Source of the DNA: Octopus vulgaris
Lineage: Eukaryota
Length of the DNA stretch: 64,000 bases
Assembly: GCA_951406725.2 (NCBI GenBank)
Contig: OX597838.1
Coordinates: 15,004,001 to 15,068,000 of the forward strand
Direction of reading: 5' to 3'
In this document: piece after piece, positions 56,551 to 64,000 of the stretch
Numbering within the stretch: position 1 is the first letter of the stretch
Layout of the letters: the number at the start of each line of letters is the position of its first letter
Notes under the pieces: generated by a model
The model's input: only the letters and a program-made list of their open reading frames with translations
Told to the model about the DNA's origin: nothing
Databases searched by the model: none
Translations under genes and position numbers: made by a program

Positions 56551-57015
56551 TTGGCCTTTAAAATATTTAAATAAAATTTTAAAATATTTGTAATGTAATA
56601 AATTTGGGAATCATACATTTTTAATACCCAGTTCCATTAATTTAACGAACTGTAATATATTTGATTAATTTTTCAGAGTCCCAAATTTGGTGCTAAGCAG
56701 TCACATTTATTATTTTAATCATTTATTATTTATTATTTGTACTGATCAATTTTTAATATTTCGCACAAAAAAAAAAAATCTGAAGCAAAATCAGAAAACA
56801 ATTCTTCACATAACAATTAAAAAATAAATCCTGTTTTTCACATGTCTTTTTAATGAACATTCATAGGAATATTCCTGCTGTAAATCTCAGACTAATTTTA
56901 TTCTTAAAGCACCCTGTTATTCATTAATTTTGAATGATAAATTATATCTTTTGCAACTAGCTTTCACCTAAAACCTCCATTTTTTTCATCTAAGAATTTA
57001 ATCTAAAAACAACTT

Positions 57016-57125
<110 letters not shown>

Positions 57126-57655
57126 CATATATATAGGCGCAGGCGTGGCTGTGTGGTAAGAAGTTTGCTTCTCAACCACATGGTTCCGGGTTCAGTCCCA
57201 CTGCCTGGCACCTTGGTGAAGTGCATTCTACTATAGCTTCGGGCCAACAGAAACTGAAAGAAGCCCGTCGTATATTTATACATATATATGAATGTATTTT
57301 TGCGTCTGTGTTTGTCCCTCCCCACACCATCCCTTTGACGGCCGAGGCTGGTGTGTTTACGTCCCCGTAACATAGAATAAGTACTAGGCTTACAAAGAAT
57401 AAGTCCTGAGGTCGATTTGTTCGACTAAAGGCAATGCTCTCCAGCATGGCCGCAGTGAAATGACTGAAACAAGTAAAAGAAAAGAATATATACATATCTA
57501 TATGCATGCATATATACATACATATATATATATACGTATATGATATATATATATATATACACACACGTATGCACATACACACACAAGTTTATATTTTTTT
57601 TAAATTTTATTTTATCTAGTTTCAGCTCACGAGCTGTGGCCATGCTGGGGCATAT

Positions 57656-57710
<55 letters not shown>

Positions 57711-57713
<3 letters not shown>

Positions 57714-58020
57714 TTGTTATATTTCGGAATGGTCATTTTGCCAGTTTAGCCAATAAAAACACGCGCACTATATATTTGGTGTTATTTTGCTTCAGTGTTA
57801 TTTATTTTTTACATTAATCTTAATCTTATTTCGGCCTGAGCTCTTTCGTCACACTCCTGTGACCGCATCAGTGGTCCTTTGTTTTCTTCTTTCTTATTTG
57901 TGTCTCTCCTTACTAACCGTGTGTTTTTATTGGCTAAACTGGCAAAATGACCATTCCGAAATATAACAATATCTGTTTCAACACACGACTTCACATAAAA
58001 AATCTTGCACAACAAATATA
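57711..58020. mobile_element. Inverted pair of Penelope-like terminal repeat fragments in (TA)n
   Basis: 52-bp perfect inverted repeat 57711-57762 / 57921-57972; homologous to 55610-55680. Confidence 0.7.
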
Positions 58021-58025
58021 TAAAC

Positions 58026-58099
<74 letters not shown>

Positions 58100-58101
<2 letters not shown>

Positions 58102-58710
58102 CCCACGAAATGTATACAGACATTGAATGATTATAAAATCAGTGTTTACTAAAATACATTTCATTTTCAAAATTTAATAGAATCTACAGATAGAATTTAA
58201 GGTTTTTCAAACTGGTGTTGTTTCTACTCGAGGCGCTGCCGATGACGTGAAACAATAGAATCGCAAATTGTGCTCGTTCTCGTCCAATGGTTGCTCTCAA
58301 TTCGCCGACTGAAACCAATTTTCCAAACTTTATGTTTTATGTTTTAAGTAACCTAATAAAAAAGTTTAGTGGACTGAGGTCCGTTGGATATGGAGGGTAT
58401 TCTACTGAACTTCTTCGTCCAGTCCACCTGTTTGACTATATCTCATCAAGGTGGGCATTTACATTACCTTGTTAGTGTAGGGTGCCCCATCTTGCTGGAA
58501 ATAAACACCACATCTTCAAAGTCCTCTTGAATGCTTGGCTTGGCTTGGTAGATTGTTTTAGCTGGTTCAAATAAATGGGAACAGTCACAGTACCATCACA
58601 AAAAGAATGGTCTAATAAATCCTTTTGATAGTAAGCCACACCATATTGTGATTCTTGGTCAGTTGTAATTTGTGGATTCCCAGGTCCCCAGCAGGCGCAA
58701 CTGTGGTGGT
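58100..58710 (-). pseudogene. Decayed Tc1/mariner-superfamily transposase (catalytic region)
   Basis: Minus strand VYFQQDGAP...RWTGRRSS...PPYPTDLSPLNFF, matching QQDGAPxH / WPPRSPDLxPLDF. Confidence 0.75.
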
Positions 58711-58759
58711 TAATTGAGCCATTTCAGTTTCCGTCTACCAAATCCACTCACAAGGCATT

Positions 58760-59020
58760 GGCGCACCATGACGCAATTCACTCTGTCAGAAATTTGGAAA
58801 CAACATGCTGTACTGTTTGGCATTGGCGCCGGAAGCTGCAATACGAACATTTCAGAGTGTTTGGGTGTCAATCTGAAGACAGTGCAATCTGAGGACATGT
58901 ACCGAGAGTGATAAAAATCAAACATCCAGTTGGTGAATGCTGCCATAATCCCTGTCTTCAGTTCATCTTTGGTGTTACAAGGAGTTTTGTTGGTCTCTTG
59001 CTCAACTGCGCCCCACACTA
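58760..59020. pseudogene. Rearranged Tc1-like fragments: N-terminus on plus, C-terminus on minus
   Basis: MTQFTLSEIWKQHAV...ISECLGVNLKTVQ (HTH-like) faces VWGAVEQETNKTPCNTKDELK. Confidence 0.55.
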
Positions 59021-59047
59021 TATATGTATATATGCATGTATGTATGC

Positions 59048-59080
<33 letters not shown>

Positions 59081-59964
59081 TGTATGTATGTATGTATGTA
59101 TGTATGTATGTATGTGTGTAGATATGTATGCATGTATGTATGTATACATGCATGCATGTATGTATGTATGTGTCTATATATGTATGTATGTATATACGTA
59201 TGAATGTGTGTATCTGTGTATGTATGTATACATGCATGTATGCATGTATGTATGTATATATGTATGTACGTATGTATTATGTATGCATGTATGTATGCAT
59301 GTATGCATGCATGTATGTATGCATGTATTTACGTATGTATGTATTTACGTATGTATGTATTATGTATGTATGTATGTATGTATGTATGTATGTATGTATG
59401 TATGTATGTATGTATGTATGTATGTATGTATGTATGTGTCTGTACGTATACAGCTTGACATAAATTCTTATGCTATAATATTTCAAAATGACTTATTGAG
59501 TTGAATTGCAATTGGCAATTAAATTCCCCGTGTGGTGGAGTCTATTGACACGTGTGGTGGGGAGAGAGGTAACAAAGGAAATTAGGTAATAAATAAAACC
59601 AAACGTGATATAAATGTAAATGTAATTGCCACGAGGGGAAGGCTGGCGGTGGGGGAGGGGAGAGAGGATTCTCGAGAGAAAGTAGAAAAGAAAGAAGGAG
59701 AAAAACGTCCGTGAGCTGTTGTACGTTGGTTATGGAAATAACGTGTGAAGAAGGTGGGTAGCTATGTAACTGGGTGGTTTCTGGGTAGAGGAGATCGGAA
59801 ATGGATAATGGGTAAGAATGGTGGACATGCGTAAAATAATGATAGTATGCAGTAACAGAGGCAGCGTGGGGTGTGGATATTAGTCAGAGTCGGAGCATAT
59901 ATATGTGCGGATACATACTTATATCCGTATGCGCAATTTGAACGGGAGGACCGAAGAGTGTGAG

Positions 59965-60007
<43 letters not shown>

Positions 60008-60229
60008 GCGCACGAGGGGAGTACTGAAAAGTTCTTGGCCTTGTGTAAAAGAAAGCACAGGAGGATCAGTTAATTAGGATTTTATTCAACATATTCTCCT
60101 AGCGGTCCTTCAGTTTTTGTATGACCTGTATAAGAATACGGATGGTTGGGGCTCCAAACACGCCTTTCGTGAAACCTTTAAGGCCAGTAACTTTTCAGCA
60201 CCCCCTCGCATCTGTATGATTTTTCTTGG

Positions 60230-60410
60230 AATTTAATTCAAGTTTTTGAGAGTTCAATATTTAAGAGATGAGGAATTATTTACATTATTTACATTTGACG
60301 GATATTTGTCCTCATCTTGTTTGTTGTTTCGGCTGATATACCCTCCAGCCTTCATCAGGTGTTTGGGGGAAATTTTCGAACCTGGGTTCTCATTCCTAAG
60401 GTATTTTTCG
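60230..60410 (-). mobile_element. Penelope-like fragment with truncated hammerhead motif
   Basis: CUGAUGA-A-GGCUG-(10 nt)-CAGCC-GAAAC at 60326-60358 on the minus strand. Confidence 0.6.
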
Positions 60411-60472
60411 TTGTTGTTGTTGGAGTGAGAGAAGGGAAGAAGTGAAAATATTATCTATTGGTTGTGATTTCT

Positions 60473-60853
60473 GTGGAGGCGCAATGGCCCAGTGGTTAGG
60501 GCAGCGGACTCGCGGTCGTAGGATCGCGGTTTCGATTCCCAGACTGGGCGTTGTGAGTGTTTATTGAGCGAAAACACCTAAAGCTCCACGAGGCTCCGGC
60601 AGGGATGGTGGTGATCCCTGTTGTACTCTTTCACCACAACTTTCTCTCACTCTTACTTCCTGTTTCTGTTGTACCTGTATTTCAAAGGGCCGGCTTTGTC
60701 ACTCTCTGTGTCACGCTGAATATCCCCGAGAACTACGTTAAGAGTACACGTGTCTGTGGAGTGCTCAGCCACTTACACGTTAATTTCACGAGCAGGCTGT
60801 TCCGTTGGTCGGATCAACCGGAACCCTCGTCGTCGTAACCGACGGAGTGCTTC
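60473..60853 (+). mobile_element. SINE-A full length
   Basis: Near-identical to 55017-55400; flanks tgtgatttct / tgtaatttct. Confidence 0.92.
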
Positions 60854-61319
60854 CTCCTGTAATTTCTAGCTGGCAGGGTAGCCAAGCAGGAACCCCCTTG
60901 TTGCTGTGGTTGGTTATATTACAGTGATGAACTATGATGTAGAGCTGTTGTTGTTTAGTCCCATGTCATATCGATGATCGGCATTTCATCATTTTAGGGA
61001 CGATTAAAATAATTATTAGTTGAGCACTAGAACCGATGGAATCGACTAATCCCTCCCCTTATCGTTGGCGGTCTCGTGCCAAAATTAGAAAGAATTATTA
61101 AAGGTGTTCTAGAGACGGCGAGTTAGCAGAATCGTGAGCACGCCGGACAAAATGCTGAGCAACATTTCGTCCGTCTTTACGTTCTGAATTCAAATTTCGC
61201 CGAGGTTGACTTTGCCTCTCATCCTGCTGTTCAGTTCCAAAGTTTTGCTGGCTTGAGTTTATGTTGAACACCTGCTGTTCAGTGCTTGAATATTGCTGAC
61301 TTGTGAGTTTATGTCGAAA

Positions 61320-61800
61320 ACCTGCTGACATGTGTAGGCTATCCGGCTATCTATTGGGTCCAATGTTAAGATGGCCATGTCGCCTTCCCGTGACCGGGAA
61401 GGACAGACAGTGTTTATTTTAAGTTGGTTGTAGAAAAAGAGGTTGTATGTTGGACGCGATTGAAAAGGGTGAGAACAGACACTTTCCTTTTCGGCCAAGC
61501 ACACATCAATTTTATCAAGAATCACTTGAAAAAAAAAGTGAAGGTGGAGAGAGAAGTGCTGCCTTTCAACAATTTTGTTAAAAATATAGAGCGAATGGCC
61601 CTACATCAAGGGTGGATGAAGAGGAGAGGGCCCTTGTCTAAGAAGTCAGGACGATCGTGGCTTTTGTGGGGTATCCATGAGCAACCCTTGAGAGTGTCCC
61701 TCTTTTGGGGATTTAAACTGTTAGAACTTTTTTTGTCATTCTTTTGTTCACACATTTTTTCTTATCCCGCAATCCTACTTTATTTGTATTGTATTTGTAT
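61320..61800 (+). pseudogene. Probable L1/Tx1-like 3' end fragment
   Basis: KEVVCWTR...HLKKKVKVERE resembles the Tx1 ORF2 C-terminus and is followed by a T-rich UTR. Confidence 0.5.
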
Positions 61801-62145
61801 TGCTTTTAGAGGAGATGGAGGGAAGGGGGGATAGGGAGAGCTTCGTTGGGAAAGCCCCTGGATGTTGTGTGCGTCCGTTATTATAATTCTTTCTGCTGTT
61901 GAAGGTAGCGTTGTATTTATTTGTATTGTATTGGAATCACCAACTCGCCGGGCAAAATGCTTAGCGACATTTCACACGTCATTCACGTTCTGAGTTCAAA
62001 TTCCGCCGAGGTCGACTTAGCCTGGCATCTTTTCGAGGTCGATGATATAAGTACCAGTCATATACTAGGGTTGATGTAGCCCCATTCCACCAAATCTCCG
62101 GCTCTGGGCTTATAGGAGAAAGGCTCTGTGCTTATAGGAGAATTA

Positions 62146-62191
<46 letters not shown>

Positions 62192-62264
62192 CATCATCAT
62201 CATCATCATCATCATCATTATTATTATTATTATTATTATTATCATTGTTATCATTATTATTATT

Positions 62265-62407
<143 letters not shown>

Positions 62408-62525
62408 CATTATTATTATCATTATTATTAGCAATGATTTTAGATTAACTTTTTGTCTATAATAATACAAAGACAATAATTCAACAAGTCGAAGAAAGAA
62501 AGAAAGACAGAAAGAAAGAAAGGAA

Positions 62526-62604
<79 letters not shown>

Positions 62605-63127
62605 GAAGGAAGAAAGAAATGCTTAAACCAAGTCGGTATACATTATACAGAGCCATTAATAAATGAGCAAGCAATGACGAGGTTCTCTTATAAACGCTGG
62701 CTGTTCAAATATTTCTGATAAAGTAGCGTCGTTACAGAGTGTGTTATTGAAGAAAATCTAGAATATGTGTATGTGTGCATGCGGTGTGTGAGTGTGTGTT
62801 TGTCAGCTTTTTGTATGAATGTATATATATATATGTATGAAAGTATGAAAGTATGAACGTATGAAGAACGTATGATCGTATGTACATTTGTTTGCTTAAG
62901 GCAACCAGCTATAAACACAATTGGCATTAAATATTTAGTTAGCAATAAGCGCTTTGGCAAAATCCATTAGTAGCCGGACGGCGTATGGTTGGTTGTTTTA
63001 TTAACTATATACACCAGATAAAAAGATGGGGGTCTAGAATTCTAGAACAAACGTCGGAAAATAGATAACACGAAAGATAAAAACACCATATTGCGATAGC
63101 GTACCTCAGAGAAACGAAATAGGAAAC

Positions 63128-63733
63128 AAGGCGGCGAGCTGGCAGAATCGTTAGCACGCCGGGCGAAATGCGTAGCCGTATTTCGTCTGCCGTTACGTTC
63201 TGAGTTCAAATTCCGCCGAGGTCGACTTTGCCTTTCATCCTTTCGGGGTCGATAAATTAAGTACTAGTTACGCACTGGGGTCGATGTAATCGACTTAATA
63301 CCTATGTCTGTCATTGTTTGTTCCCTCTGTGTTTTTAGCCCCTTGTGGGTAGTAAAGAAATAAGTATTTCGTCTGCCGTTACGTTCTGAGTTCAAATTCC
63401 GCCGAGGTCGACTTTGCCTTTCATCCTTTCGGGGTCGATAAATTAAGTACCAGTTACGCACTGGGGTCGATGTAATCGACTTAATCCCTTTGTCTGTCCT
63501 TGTTTGTCCCCTCTGTGTTTAGCCCCTTGTGGGTAGTAAAGAAATGGGTATTTCGTCTGCCGTTACGTTCTGAGTTCAAATTCCGCCGAGGTCGACTTTG
63601 CCTTTCATCCTTTCGGGGTCGATAAATTAAGTACCAGTTACGCACTGGGGTCCGATGTAATCGACTTAATCCCTTTGTCTGTCCTTGTTTGTCCCCTCTG
63701 TGTTTAGCCCCTTGTGGGCAATAAAGAAATAAG
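63128..63733 (+). mobile_element. SINE-D trimer with a single head
   Basis: Junctions at 63363/4 and 63547/8; imperfect TSD aaataggaa on both flanks. Confidence 0.92.
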
Positions 63734-64000
63734 AAGCAAAATAGGAACTTGAATACAGCGGCTTGATCTGTTCGTAGACATAGCAGCCAAATATCCCTCA
63801 AATAGCATACGGTGGCCTTTCAAAAGCAAGAATTTAACGTATACACGATCCATTGAGCTGTTGGTAGCTTTTAGAGTCTTTTCTTGACGGTTATGGAAAT
63901 GAGTAGATTATGCGAGGATATTTTTGTCTTTTATCTTTCATTTGCTTCAGTTATTGGACTGCGGCCATGCTGGGGCACCGCCTGGAAAGATTTCGCCGAA

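Noticed and set aside
61222-61330. ~48-bp tandem repeat; also 10-bp repeats at 53988-54033 and a 23-bp duplication at 39387-39437
   Set aside because: Ordinary local slippage duplications.
63128-63733. CRISPR-like regular repeats
   Set aside because: Units are ~185-bp near-identical SINE segments with no unique spacers and no cas genes, in a eukaryotic context.

Overview
This 64 kb window is repeat-saturated, AT-rich animal genomic DNA with no intact host protein-coding gene. The SINE families and the extreme (AT)n/(ATAC)n/(ATAG)n/(AAT)n density fit an Octopus genome best (inference from recognition, not a search). Almost all predicted ORFs are microsatellite or antisense-SINE artefacts. Real content: four tRNA-derived SINE families (my labels A-D); decayed R4/Dong-like, L1/Tx1, RTE and Penelope-like (GIY-YIG) retroelements; mariner/Tc1 and hAT remnants and MITEs; and two Helitrons. 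Top observations: (1) young SINE-D copies repeatedly sit at one exact nucleotide inside their own family, on the 3' side of a hairpin loop between the A and B boxes. There are 8 such junctions at 4 loci, one with a clean 12-bp TSD, which suggests a self-targeting SINE. (2) A ~4.3 kb inversion splits an old SINE and leaves a ~335-bp inverted duplication. (3) A canonical type I hammerhead ribozyme lies at 44752-44835, with several degenerate Penelope-type relatives elsewhere. (4) SINE heads and tails are shuffled combinatorially. Coordinates were read by eye, so element boundaries may be off by a few bases.
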